Shown here piece after piece: positions 1 to 13,300 of a stretch of 64,000 nt of DNA. The stretch is from contig CM114271.1 of NCBI GenBank assembly GCA_050084515.1, positions 31,310,001 to 31,374,000 on the forward strand. The letters are read 5' to 3'. A program made the position numbers and the translations under genes. The notes below the pieces were generated by a model. The model was not told where the DNA came from and ran no database searches. It saw nothing but the letters and a program-made list of their open reading frames with translations. The DNA is from Blasia pusilla. Taxonomy: Eukaryota. Numbering within the stretch: position 1 is the first letter of the stretch; every line of letters starts with the position of its first letter.

Positions 1-2057
1 TTTCTTCAAGTTCGGATTCTACACCTCACCTTCGCGATAATGCATAGAGCCATTTGAAAGACTGCGTAGAATATGAAGCTAATGCCCTCCCATCTCTCTG
101 TTCACTTTCTTCAGGAGAAATTTCCAAAACTTATATGTGATTTGGTACTTTTCTCACATCACCGCAATCCTCACCTCGTGCTTCTAAACTTGAGAGGAGA
201 TACCAAATATTCTGTTGAACAACTTTTCGGGAAGTGCGGCATTAGCTTGTGAAATGAGAGATCTTGGGAGAGGACTTCAATTCCGAATCTCAGCTATGGC
301 TGGTGAGCAAATTATTGGTCAAATAAGGTAAAAGGTATGACTGATGGTCTCATCAGCTTTGGTGCGGAAGGTGAGTGGTTTCACAAGTTATCTGCACTGC
401 AACCGCGTCACTTGGTATTAGAGGTGAATAATTCACTCCCTCTAGATCAAACAAGACCCTGCATGATTTTTCCGTATGTAAGCAATACGATCGCAAGATT
501 CTCCGGACACACTCCAGTGAGTGGCGAAGGAGGTGTAATCTGATTCGGAAGCTTTACCATGTCTAAGGGATACGAAGTTTCCTGCTAGACCCTCCTAATT
601 CGTGGAACAGGAGTTGGTATTGTCCCGCAGAAAGCACTTGATGTGCTCGCAGAACCGACCTTCCTCCGTCGGCCCTCCATCCTTTGCCCACTAGCGAAGG
701 ATCTGAAGTTGTTAAAATGGTCTATATCCTGGATCATGTGTTCTATGGCTTTAGCCTCCCTCTGGAGGCTAAAGCCATAGAACACATGAGGAGCACGATG
801 GGGGCAAAGAAGTAGGCATGAACTTAGCTCGAAATTCCATCAGCCATTGAGAATCTCGATCATTCCTCGGTTGGATCCAAGAAAGCTGAATCCAAAGTAG
901 CGAAATTTCCACTCCAAACCTATATGAACTAAACTTGCTGAAAAGCCGAGGATGCCGTATAACCGGCAACATCCTTCGTCGTACTTGTCCTTCGCTGTGA
1001 AGACTTTGTTGGCGGAAACCTAGAAAAAATATTCATCCATCGAAGGCATATTGGCCGTCTACGCTAGAGAATCTTCTATCACTGTAAGCTGATTTCTGCA
1101 CTTCATTCTTCCTCATCCTAGTTACACGCACCATGAGTGGATCGCATCGAAAATACAATCGTGTTCGATACCCAGAGAGTAAAACGGAGGACCAATTGCA
1201 GAAATTTCAGACGAGATGAGTAAAACATTCCAGTCAATTCCAAACTACGACAGGATGGGACATGTTTTCACAGTGGAAATACTTTTCCGGGAAATCTTCA
1301 ATCAGACTCTCCGCAAAACTATACCCATGGACTGAAAGAAATTATACGATAATACTGCAAAATATCCCGGAGGCAATCGTTCTACCTCATTCCGTTTCTG
1401 AGACCACACTATACTCACCCGGAAGGAGAACGCACGAGTCTCGGCATTCGACTTTTGCGCTGAAAACTGCTGGAAACGCACCTACGAAAATCTATGCTAA
1501 CAATTGGGATGTGAACTTGCTCCCTCTCTTTCCTTCGACCGATGTTTCCGCCCCTCCATATCGATCAGTGATCCATCTGGGATTATTGGAGCTTTCAGAT
1601 CAGCCTGCGCGAACGTAAGGCTTCTCTTTCCTGTGACTAAAATAGGTGAATAAGTGGGGGGGGACACCACGATGACCCCACTGACCAAGGAGCACGTTGA
1701 AGCCGGGAATCCATAGCATATCCATTCTTAACCGAGAACTCCATACGCTGCTTCCAAAATGGATCCATGCTGGGGATCGTACCTGCACAGTCAGCCGGCC
1801 TGGTCCCTCGTGCGTCGGTCCATTGGATGGAGTGAGAGATGCAGAAACGACATGGATTGCACTCCCGTCGCAACAGGCGGGAAGGACGCCTCCATTGTCT
1901 CAATGGGCCGAAACTGTACGGTATCGCAGTGTCAACGTCTCCAGAGCAAACCTATAATCTCTCTAGAACTTCATCGGCTCCTCAATTCACAAAGTTCCTT
2001 TCTGTGATAGTTTACCTCATCTCGTTAGAGTTCTCGTGTCTCTGAAGAAAAGAAGAT

Positions 2058-2489
2058 ATGAAGACGGTTCTATTCGCTTGCGTGCACAATGCAGGGAGAT
2101 CTCAGATGGCGTGTGCCATGTTCAATTTGCTCGTGGATCCGAGCCAGGCGCGAGGAATATCAGCAGGAACGCAACCAGGAGAGCGAGTGCATCCGGAATG
2201 CGTGGTAGCCATGGGTGAGCTTGGGATCGACATGTCCAACGAGAAGCCTAAGCTCTTAACTAAAGAGCTGGCGGAGGAGGCCAACTTCCTAATCACCATG
2301 GGCTGTGGGGAAGCTTGTCCTTACATTCCAGGACTACAACGCGAGGATTGGCCGTTAGAGGATCCCAAGGGTAAGAGCCCCGAGAAGGTGCAGGCCATCC
2401 GCGACAAAGTGAAGGAGCATGTTCTAGACTTTCTGGCCCGCCAAGGATGGCGCAAGGAGAACGAGGCCGAGGAGACGAAAGCAACCTAG
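2058..2489 (+). CDS. arsC: Arsenate reductase, LMW-PTP fold, thioredoxin-coupled ArsC type; intact and intronless
   Basis: 143-aa ORF with the P-loop FACVHNAGRSQMA (CX5R), SAGT, the redox pair TMGCGEACP and the C-terminal EDWPLEDP motif typical of bacterial ArsC. Confidence 0.9.
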   Translation: MKTVLFACVHNAGRSQMACAMFNLLVDPSQARGISAGTQPGERVHPECVVAMGELGIDMSNEKPKLLTKELAEEANFLITMGCGEACPYIPGLQREDWPLEDPKGKSPEKVQAIRDKVKEHVLDFLARQGWRKENEAEETKAT

Positions 2490-4294
2490 TTACCTTTCTC
2501 ATAACTTAGTTTAATCGGCTGCTAGTATCGACTTTCATGGAAGATCACAGTTGCATATCAAAAGGGCCAGGTCGAAGAATCCCATCGTTTTAATGGAGGG
2601 TTCAAATAAAACTTATGTAGGGGAAGACTCGAAGCCACGACTGTCGTATGGCAAGAAATAAACAAGAAATGATCATCCCGATCTTCTGGAGTGCACATGT
2701 GTGATATCCTTGCTCACAGACGGAATAATTTCTATGCTTGGTGTGCTGATGTCGTTGATACTATGAGGAGAGATTGTTCTCGATTAGCCAGAGATTTGTG
2801 CGCCCTGCTTTCTTGTGTCCCCGGTAGATAAGGCAGAATCTCGAAACTTCTAGATTTATTTAAATACAGGGAACTGAGATTTTCAAAGGATTGCGAAATT
2901 TATCGGTTGAGAAGAAGAGCAAATTCCTTCCTTCCTTCCTTTGCCACGCTCCGGGTGGGGAGGGAGCCTGGCCATGGCCACGCCAGAAGCTAAGATGGAA
3001 GAAACGCGCACCAAACTTAGTCACAGGCGCGATAAACTGGATAACTCAAGCACAATGAACTGCCTCTGTTCAGATTAACACCGAGGAAAGTAGCGCATAA
3101 TTCTTACAAATATGTTTAATTCTAACACATATTCACAGAGTAAGTGCTACCCGGAGGACCTGGCCGTGAGAAAATTAACGCTCAAAATTGTCAGGCGCTT
3201 AAAACGAAAGCTTGCCGGTTGGAAACGTGCCGGAAGCGATTCCATTCTAGAGCATATGGTACCAACGTACTCCAGCAGCAATTCCAGACATCCAGAGTAA
3301 AGATAGGGAAAGTAGCACGAGGTTGACGTCTTCCCATTTGTGGTCCTGACCACGCGCTCTTCAAGCTGCGGAAATGTTCGCAGGAAAACTCCCACAACAT
3401 TTCAGAGGTTAAAAAGCAGAAATCTAATCCATTGAAACCCCAGGCACGAAAGAGAAGCGTGAGATGATTATCCACCGACCGAGAGTATCAAGTCATTATT
3501 TCGATTGTCACAAATGACCACACGACCTAGATCAGACGCCACATTTTTTGAGGAAGAGGCCACAGTTTTCACCGAGGACTAAGCCAATCGGTGTCTACAC
3601 CGAGTGACAAACTTTTGAGATGCACGAAAAGGCAGAAACTTGAAACATACTGCTGATTTCTCACTTGCTATTCCGACACCTCAAAGTCTGAGGGTGTAAA
3701 AAATACGCGTAAATTATTTAACTCGAGTCGACATCTATACTATAATGTGAGGAGGGGGGTTACTTAATGTGGTAGTTTTTTTTCCTTAAAGAAAAGAAGC
3801 TCCTCCCCAAATAGATCTTCCTTCTTAGAGACAAGACAACCAAAAATATTTGAGGACAAGCGTAACTCCATGCAGCGTCATATGCAGAAAGGAGAAAAAA
3901 GAGACTACATATGAAAAGTGAAGCCATCCATGAAAAAAACTGTACTTTTTTGTTGTAAGGGATCCCTATTTTCTCCTCCGAATCAAATCTGCTACCTAAA
4001 AGCGCGATCCTTTCATTTTTGGCTATAAGGGGACCCAAGACTATCTTTTTCCCTCCGAATCAAATCTTCTCCCTAATAGTGTTTCATTAGTTACATGTGT
4101 CATTGTGAGAATGGATGGCCTATTGTATCCACACAAGTGTGTGATAGGTATGATTGCGACTCGGTATAACTCGAGCCTGCATAGCCAAAGTTGGAGACAC
4201 TGAGCCTGCCAAGTTGTTGTCAAGTGAGTCGAGTGTGTCGTTGGAGGTGAATATGGAGTTCTTGTTGGAGGTGTAGTTGGAGCTAAAGGCCGAG

Positions 4295-6625
4295 GGCAAG
4301 TTCGAGTTCAGGCAGAGAACTCAAGGTAATCTCGTCAAATTTATGGTTGTTATGATTAGCCAACTTGTCACTACAATCTTGCCTCTGCAATACGACGATT
4401 TGCAGATCCCTCATGCTGCGGTTTTCCTTCTACTGGAACTCAAAAAGATTTGGCAATGTTACTTTGGTAACTTTGCACGACTTTTTTTTTCTGACCTCGG
4501 GACACAGTGCATCTCTTCTCTTCGTAACTCTATGTTGCTAAGTCATTCGTAGATCAAGAACCATGAATAAGATGTATCTCAATACCCAAGAAGTTGCAGC
4601 AGATGTCTAAGTTCGATCTTGGAGAACATAATGATCTGCAAAATCGCAAGACCAGTTTTTAATGTTTCTGAATTGATGGTGGCCATATGTCTAACATTTC
4701 GAGCGCAAAAATTCCCGATTGTACTTTTCTGTTCTCAGGGGGAGCCCAAAATCAGAAGTAGTAATGACTACTCCAGACTCTCAGACTCCACCTACTAATT
4801 TTGTTTTCATTTTCATGTTCTTCGCAAACAAAGGATGCCCTGAAATGTCGATGGCTAAGCTTCTTTCAAACTATTCTTTCGATCTTGTGAATTTAAAAGC
4901 AATTCCCATCAAGAATTCAATTGGGTTTTGTGTAATTGCAGGCATTAGATACCTTCCATGTGCGTCGGCCCAAGATTACTCTTACTACGACTGCGAGATT
5001 CAAGTTCAGGCAGAGAACTCAAGGTGATCTCTTCAAATGTGTGGTAGTTACGATTAGCTAACTCGTCATTGTAATCCCACCTCTTCAATGTGACAATTCT
5101 CGGATCCCTCCTACCGCGGTTTTCCTTCAACTGGATCTCAAAAAGATTGGCAATGTGATTTCAGTAATTATGCACGACATTTTTGCTTCGAAATCGGGAC
5201 ACATTTTGTCTCTTCTCTTTGTAACTTTATGCTGCTACCCTTTCGCTGCCTCACGTCCTTGCTGCCCAGGCGTTCGCCGCCTCCAATGCCTTGTTATGAG
5301 ATACAACTCCGATCCGAGTTCAAAAGGCGTTAAGCCAATCACACAATTCTAGGCGTGTTGGAATGAAGGTTGGAAATTTTTCCTGGGCCTTATGGATTCT
5401 AATTCTCCGCGTACTGCCAGTAGAGCTGTCTCTTACCATAGAATTGGCATGTGGACATCCAACCTCCATCCCTCTCCATATCCGTGACTCCTCCCTACGT
5501 TCTTCTCTCCCAAATAAGCACATTAGTGTTTTGTCACGAATGCCAACAGTATAGCTCTCGAGACCAATTCCTAATTTTCGTTAACACACATCGAGGGTAA
5601 GGAAATCTCTGCCCAGGCATATTTTCTATTGAAATCTTATCTCAGACTATACTTGGATTGATCGTGCCTTGGTTGGCATGTGTTCGAGACATTCTAAAAT
5701 ATTGGACGAACACGTGTTCTGCACAGTCACCACCTGTTACGTGGAGACACATGTAGACATTCGACAGACATTGCAAAGTTTGAATGTCAATAAGTATTCC
5801 TCTCTTTCCCTCACTTTCCTACTTTGGAGAAGGAAGAGGCAGGCCAACTCAAGTCCTGCACCCGAGTCGATTTGCACCCGAATCTCAAAGCTTTCTTGCT
5901 TCCTAATATGATTCGAATTGGCAACCCCTCTTTATATGCACCTGCGTCGGATCTGCTCCCGTGTTCGTAATCTTCAACATGTGCCTATCTGTTGCTGCGT
6001 CGAAGTTTTCTTCCTCATCAACAGCCCGCAACTCCAATTGCTGTAGCATTTCAGCGCATTGAATTCAAGGTAAGAAGGCCTCCGTCCTTCTCTCTCTGTG
6101 CAGTTTATCATGTTGATTGTCTAATCGCATGAAGATTGAAGCCAACGGGCCAGGATAATCAATGAGCACTCTGAATGAGCCTCGACTTTGCCAATATTGA
6201 GAGATTTCAATGCTTCAGCAAGAGCGCGTGATAAAGAATTCTCAAGGACTTTCCATGCCTTTCCTGTCAGTGCTAACCACCATCACCACGACGCTCCTGC
6301 ACTTCCTCCTCGACAACGGAAAATCACACTCACACTCACTTCCACATGACAGTCCAATTTTTGACAAGACACAGACAATACTGGTGAGAATAGGGGAGGT
6401 ACTGCCAGTAGAGCTATCCTTTCTCTCACCATAGAATTGGCCTGTGGACTGTCGACATTACCAACCTCCTTCCCTCTCCATATCCGTGACTCCTCCCTCC
6501 GTTCTTCTCTCCCAAATAAGCACATTAGTGTTTTGTCACGAATGCCAACAGTATAGCTCCCAAGACCAATTTCTTATTTTCGCTGACACACATTGAGGGT
6601 AAGGAAATCTTTGCCCAGGCATTTT
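4295..6625. repeat. Segmental direct duplications in the Helitron 5' region
   Basis: ~4295-4545 resembles ~5000-5235 (GTTCAGGCAGAGAACTCAAGGT...). ~5411-5625 resembles ~6400-6625 (GTACTGCCAGTAGAGCT...GCCCAGGCAT). Confidence 0.75.
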
Positions 6626-7280
6626 TTGAATGCAGTGATCGAATCGAACTCACACATTCTCCTACGTTGGCAAGAAGCTCGTGTACGGGGATTGAAGAAG
6701 CCGTGTTTGTACAACGACACGGTCTGTCTGACACCCCGGCCTCCAAGAATACCAACCTATGCGACAAATCATCTCTCGATATTCAAATTTGCAAATTTGG
6801 ACAGCTCCCTGTATACCTACTCCCACCTCCCCACCAACATCAAGAGCAAAAGCTGCTTTACAGTCTCTACATCTTCAAATTCCGAAGCTTGTACGGCTTC
6901 CTGTAAACCTACTTGCAAGTACCCATTCGGCAAGAGCAGGAGCAAGAGCTGCATGACCATCTCTTTGTCTTCAAATGCGGAAGCTCTTGAAGGTCTCCAA
7001 CCCATTCGGCAAGACCAAGAGCAAGAGGTGCTTTACAATCTCTGCATCTCAAATTTCGAAGCTTGTACGGCTTCTTGTAAACCTTATAGACCTACTCGCA
7101 AGTACCCATTCAGGAACGACAAGAGCAAGAACATATGGGCTTCACCAGATACCGACTGGGAGAGCCGCTCCCACAAAGAGCAAAACGCTCCCAATATTGC
7201 GTCTGCAGCGGGTTTCGATCCCCGCCCATTTTATCCGAAGCCAACGACGTAGGCCTCTTAGAACAACAAATATTTTATCT

Positions 7281-7345
7281 AATACCCCTGTTTCCAAACA
7301 TCTAAGAGGCCTACGTCCTCTTAGACGTTTGGAAACAGGGGTATT
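7281..7345. repeat. 29-bp inverted repeat (hairpin)
   Basis: AATACCCCTGTTTCCAAACATCTAAGAGG (7281-7309) pairs with 7317-7345, 1 mismatch, 7-nt loop. Confidence 0.9.
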
Positions 7346-10314
7346 TCGGATCTTATTTATGAAAATAGTTTTTTCCATGCTCTGATCTTGTTCTCTTACA
7401 AATATCATAGCCTTTATTTTAGGTGAGCTTTATGAAATTATAGTTACATTTTTCTTAGTTGAAATATCTAATTTATATTGATAATTTAATCTATTCTTGG
7501 TGGTCCCTCTTTTTTTTACTAGATTTATCTAATTATATTGAAAAAGTAATATGCTTTTTTAAATTTGCAGTGAATAATATTGTATATGCGGAGTGAGGCT
7601 AACTAGCTTACGCCATGTCAACTCTCTCATTGAGATGCAAGAGGCCGATAATAGTGGAAGAAATTGTAATAAATAGGAGTCCTGAATATTTGGTAGAGAG
7701 AGATGAACATAGATTCTCATTATCTCGCTCTGAACGAAAACGAAAATTGTTTGATGTGGACCCTAAATTTTTTGCTCCTATTTCAAATGGTTTCAATGAG
7801 AGTGAGGAGGTTAGAGAAGTCTCAATAGGCGAGGAAATTGTGATTACTCTCAATAGTAATGAGAGATACTCTGTAGATATTTGTCCTGGTCTTGAAGAAC
7901 TTGACGATGGAGAATATTCCTCCACTTCCCTCTATGATTCTGAGGGATGGTATGTTGGTGATGAGTTGGACCTGGAATATAGGTGTATGGATTATGGGGA
8001 TTTAGACATAAGTGCAGATAGTCGAGATATTGGAGATAAGTAGCCTACAGAGTACTATCTATTGTGTACATCCAATTAATCATCAAATCCATGTTGGTTT
8101 TGCTCTCAGATATGTCTGTTTGAGATTGTTGAGTTGAGCAAACGATCAAGTTTCATTTCTTTGGGAGTGGAGTGACTCAAAAAAGTAAGTCTTCTCTGCT
8201 TGTGTTCTAATATTCAGGTGTGGAGATTTAGTATCCTTTTCTATTGAGTATTTCTTTCATTATTTTGATATATTTCTTTTATTTAAATAATTATGTGGAT
8301 AATGCAGGATACTTTATAAATGAGTGTTGCTGAATTACGCTATAGCGATGGTGAGTTCTACGTTCCTCTTGATGAACAAGAAAGGGATTATACATCTATA
8401 GATGTTGACGTCATAGAGGTGATACAAATAGCAAGTCCAGAGTATGTCCCCTCGCCGATCGTTGAAAATAGGCATAATGCTTCAAGTCCTGGCTATGTTC
8501 CATCGCCGATTTTTGAAAATATGGATAAGGCTTTAAGTCCTAGCTATGTACCATTGCCAATTTGCGAAAATGGGATTAATGCTCCTAATGTTAGCCTAAG
8601 CCCTTTGAGAAATGGTTAGAGTTGTAGTTATGATGAGAGTGCATCTAGGATTTTAACCACACCTGTGGTGAATCATCATTCTATTTCACAAGAAGTAGTT
8701 GGAGGTCAGGAGGAAGAAGGAGATACAGATTCCACATATGATTGCATCCCTTCATCAGACCCTATAGCATCTAGCCATTCATTTGTACGTGATTGTTACG
8801 GGTCGGGGTCATGGGAAATTAGTGATTGTCATTCAATTTGCTCTGAGGACTCAATTGAGATGAGTACGGCCGAATCTCATTGCCCGTTAGAATGATTTTC
8901 CTATTTCAGATTTTTATAAAAACTTCAGTTTTGTGTAAATTTATTTTTTAATATATATTATAATATTCACAGACCAAATCTTGAGTATAAGTTTTTTTTA
9001 CAAATTTGTTTCTTTTTTTCTATTATTTTTTTATATATTGACAATATATATTTTGGTCGGATGGTTGATATTGTCAGAAGATGCATGAATCTCAAGAGGA
9101 ACCATCGAGGCGAAATGAAAAAAGACCATTTGCAGACATCACCAATGTAGTCTCTTCACCTAATGTGGAGCATGATCACCACATTTCATGTAGTGTTCCA
9201 TCTTCTATACGGATTTCGGAGGAAACAGAGGAGCTTGCATATAAGAAGGTTAGAAGGGTTGCTTCTCAAAGAAACACAAGGGCGCTTCATGATATGCGAT
9301 TTGTAACTCATTCAACGACTTTGTTATCTCCAATATAAGGATACTTAGCATTATGATTATAGAATGATATCGTAACCATATGTGCACGCTCTAGATTTGT
9401 TGTGTGACTTTTATATCTTTTATGTTTGTGATGTAGACTTCCAAATCCATCGAACCCGAAACGATTACGTGATAAACATCAAATTATGAGAGCTCAAGGA
9501 CAAAAGCGAAGACATGCTAAATTAGTTAAATTGAGATCTATTGAAGCTGTTGAGAATGTTCCATTGATGGAAGAATTACAACGACCCATTATTGATGGCT
9601 CACCAGGCGCAAATACTAGAAGGTATTTTTTTATGTATAACATTTCTACTTTTTATTATAATAATATTTATAATTTTTGTTTCGTATTATGACTTTATAT
9701 ATTTTTTTTTCAGGTTGGTAGCAACACCTTCCAATGGAAATCTTCATGCTTTAATAGACTCTACATCGTCTCCAATGTACGTTTCATCCACTCTTTAATT
9801 TATTTCTTTTTATTGGTTTTTTTTAATTTAATTTTTTTGACTTGATTTTTATTAATATTGTTTTTCTCAGTCTTCCACTTCCATCCAACCCTCGGGGATT
9901 ACATGCTATGCTTCAAGTTGCACGAGCACAAGGCCAGAGAAGAAGGCACCATGATTTGGCCCAAACGAATGTTTATCAATTGTATGTGAATCTTCTTCCT
10001 AGAGAGGAAGTCGAGGCTATGACTACTAATGACTTTCATACTCAAGCTAATACAAGGTATGCTTTACATACTTTTATTATTGATGCTTCTTACTTGGTCT
10101 TAAATTTTTATGAATGATTTCTAATAACAAATTTTTTTGCAGGCCAATTATGGTACATCATGAAGTTGAAGCTATTCCAAACTCTGGGATTGTGGTCTTT
10201 CCATCTCCAATGTATATTTCTAAACTATATATTCAAATTTAATAGAAATATGTTTGTATGTATATTTATTCTTATTATAATCATATATGTTAATTTCTTA
10301 ACCTCTGCTTGCAG

Positions 10315-13300
10315 TCTTCCAGTTCCTACCAATCCTCTACGATTATCTCACATGCTTCAAGTTGCTCGAGCTGAGGGCCAAAGAAGAAGACATGCTCATT
10401 TGGAAGAAGTATATGAGATTGCACATGTTGGCGATTCGTTGATAAGGAATGATGCTAATGGACCTAATCGTGAAGGCCAGATGGAAGTGAATGAAGACAA
10501 TGTATCTGCCTCGATTCCAAATGTGGGATCAGATTTGGATGAAGTACATGAGATTGCACATGTTTGTGATCCGTTGTTTAGGAGCGATGCCAATGCAGCC
10601 AATCGTGAAGGCCACATAGAAGAAAATGAAGACAATGCACATGCCTCGATTCCAAATGTGGGATCTAGAAGGGTTGTGAACTTGAAAAAGTTGCTCAATA
10701 TTCCAAGTATTCCTAACTTTGAAGAGAAGCACATTCGAATTCTTAGGTTGGGAGATCATATTGATAGTATGACTGGCCGTTTTAGTGTTGGACTTATGAA
10801 TGTTGTTTGTCTGACTTGCAATGCTCTACATTGGAAGTGTGAGAGAGTGAAGTATACTAGGTTTATAAGCTCGCCTTTTAGTACGTGTTGTGGGCATGGT
10901 AAGATTCAATTACCATATTTGACAGCTTCACCTTCTATACTAGCATAATTACTTTCTGGTATGAGTGCAAATAGTCTTCATTTTTTGCGTAATGCACGTG
11001 CCTATAATAGTGCTCTTCAATTGGCATCTACAGGGGCACAAGTGACAGAGCAACGAGGCGGTACAGGAAACTTCAGGATTCAAGGTGGTGTATATCATTC
11101 TATTGGACCTCTTCATGCTGAAAGTGGTGCTCCTCCACAATTTGCGCAAATTTATATTCATGATGATGAGCATCAGATGGAACATAGAAGAAGGATTATG
11201 AGTGGAGATTATCGGGATCAATTGAGGCCAGAGATCTTAAGGGGATTACAAGATATGTTACATGCCCATAATCCATATGTGGCTTTATTTCAAAATGTGG
11301 CTATTGATCCATGTAATTCTGACTTTCATATTGTTCTTAAGGGTAGTAAGCGAGGTCTCGATGCAAAACGATACACCTTGCCTGTTGCTTCAGAGATTGC
11401 AGCTATCTTGCCTGGAGATGGGAGTGAGCCAGTAGAAGGATGTTATATTATTGTTCGCTTACATGGAGGAGGGATTCGTCGTCTGTCAGACTTGAATGAA
11501 GCATATATCCCATTGCACTTTGTTTTGCTTTTTGTTTATGGTGAAGCAGGTTGGCATTCTGGGATACCTTTGCAAGGGCAACATGATCATAGAGATGATC
11601 CTCCGTTAAGAGGGTATGCTATGATGGATGAAGATAGAGATGATATTGTACAAGGAGAAATTCAAGGTGAGGTTACCACTTATGATGCGAGTTCAAAGAC
11701 GATTACTGCTTTACAATTTGCTTCATTCAGACTTCAAATGCGAGCTAACGCTATGGATAATAATCGGTTGTTGAGGTTTGGTCGTCTTACTCAAGAATAT
11801 ATGGTGGATATGTATGCGACTATCGAAATGCAACGGCTAACTTGGATATGATTGCATCAAAAAGAGTTGAGAGCTGATTTATACCAAGGGGTCAGAGATG
11901 CCATGACTCGGCATGATGTGAACGGTCAAGGCATAGGGAGACGTATTATCTTACCTTCGTCTTTCATAGGAGGACCCCGTCACATGCATCAATTGTACCA
12001 TGACGCTATGGCCATTGTGAGACATTTTGGGAAGCCTGACTACTTTTTGACAATGACTTGCAATCCTAAATGGCCGAGATTACCTCGCTCTCTTTGCATG
12101 GTCAATCAACGTCCGATCGTCTGACCTGGTTGTACGTGTTTTCCAACAAAAGAAGAAGGAATTGTTGAGACTTATATTGGATAAGCATATTTTGGGTCGA
12201 GTGGTAGGATGCATTCATGTGGTCGAGTTCCAAAAGAGAGGGCTACCACATGTGCATATCCTAATTATTCTTGCTTCCGAGGATAAGCCAAGGACAACCT
12301 CTGATTATGACGATAATATATCTGCTGAGATTCCGAATCCCATGACTCATCCTAGGCTACATTCTACTGTAAGAAATTGTATGATTCATGGTCCGTGTGG
12401 AGTAGTACATCCAACTGCACCTTGCACGGATAAAACGACAAAAAAATGTTCCAAAGGATACCCAATGCCGTTTGCAACAATGACAATGGAGAATGAGGAT
12501 GGATGTCCTATTTATAAGAGGTAATTCATTGGTTTTGTTGTTTATTTTGTCATTTGATGTTCTTCTATTAGTGTGCTATCTTTTTTCCCCAACTATTAAC
12601 ATACTTCTATATGTGTTTATGCAGGCGTGATAATGGCAGATTGATAAATAAGTCAAATCATGACTTTGATAATCGTTGGGTGGTTCCATACAATCCAATG
12701 GTATGTACTTTATTTGATTGTCATATCAATTTGGAGATAACAAATAGCATCTTGGCAGTAAAGTACTTTTATAAGTATGTGTACAAAGGATCTGATGCCA
12801 TATCATATACCTTGGCAAATACTACATCAGGAGAGGATACTATTGATGAGACATCATTATATCTTGATGCAAGGTATTTTGATCCCTTCTATCTTTCAAG
12901 ATCTCCCAATTTTTCCTAGGATATTATGTGGGAGTCTAACAATATTTATATTGTATGGTATGAAGGTACGTTTCTTCTTCAGAAGCATGTTGGCGAATCT
13001 TCAAGTTTAGTCTACATGCAGAGCAACCAAGTATTGTGAGATTGATTGTTCATCTTCCAGACAGTCAAATGGTATATTTTTATGGGCAAGATTCATTGGG
13101 TAATATTCTGGAACGAAGTAAGGAAACCACTCTTACTCAATGGTTTGCAGCAAATATTTTTTATTCGACTGCGCGACAATATCTTTATTTGGAGTTCCCT
13201 TCTCATTACTCTTGGAATAAGAAGCAATGGCATCCACAGAACGTCTTGTGAAAAGGATGTGGACATCCTATTGGACGTTTGTATATGACAAATCTAGGTA

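Noticed and set aside
1-2000. Short ORFs upstream of arsC as possible ars operon partners (arsR, acr3)
   Set aside because: None shows an HTH or multi-TM transporter signature.
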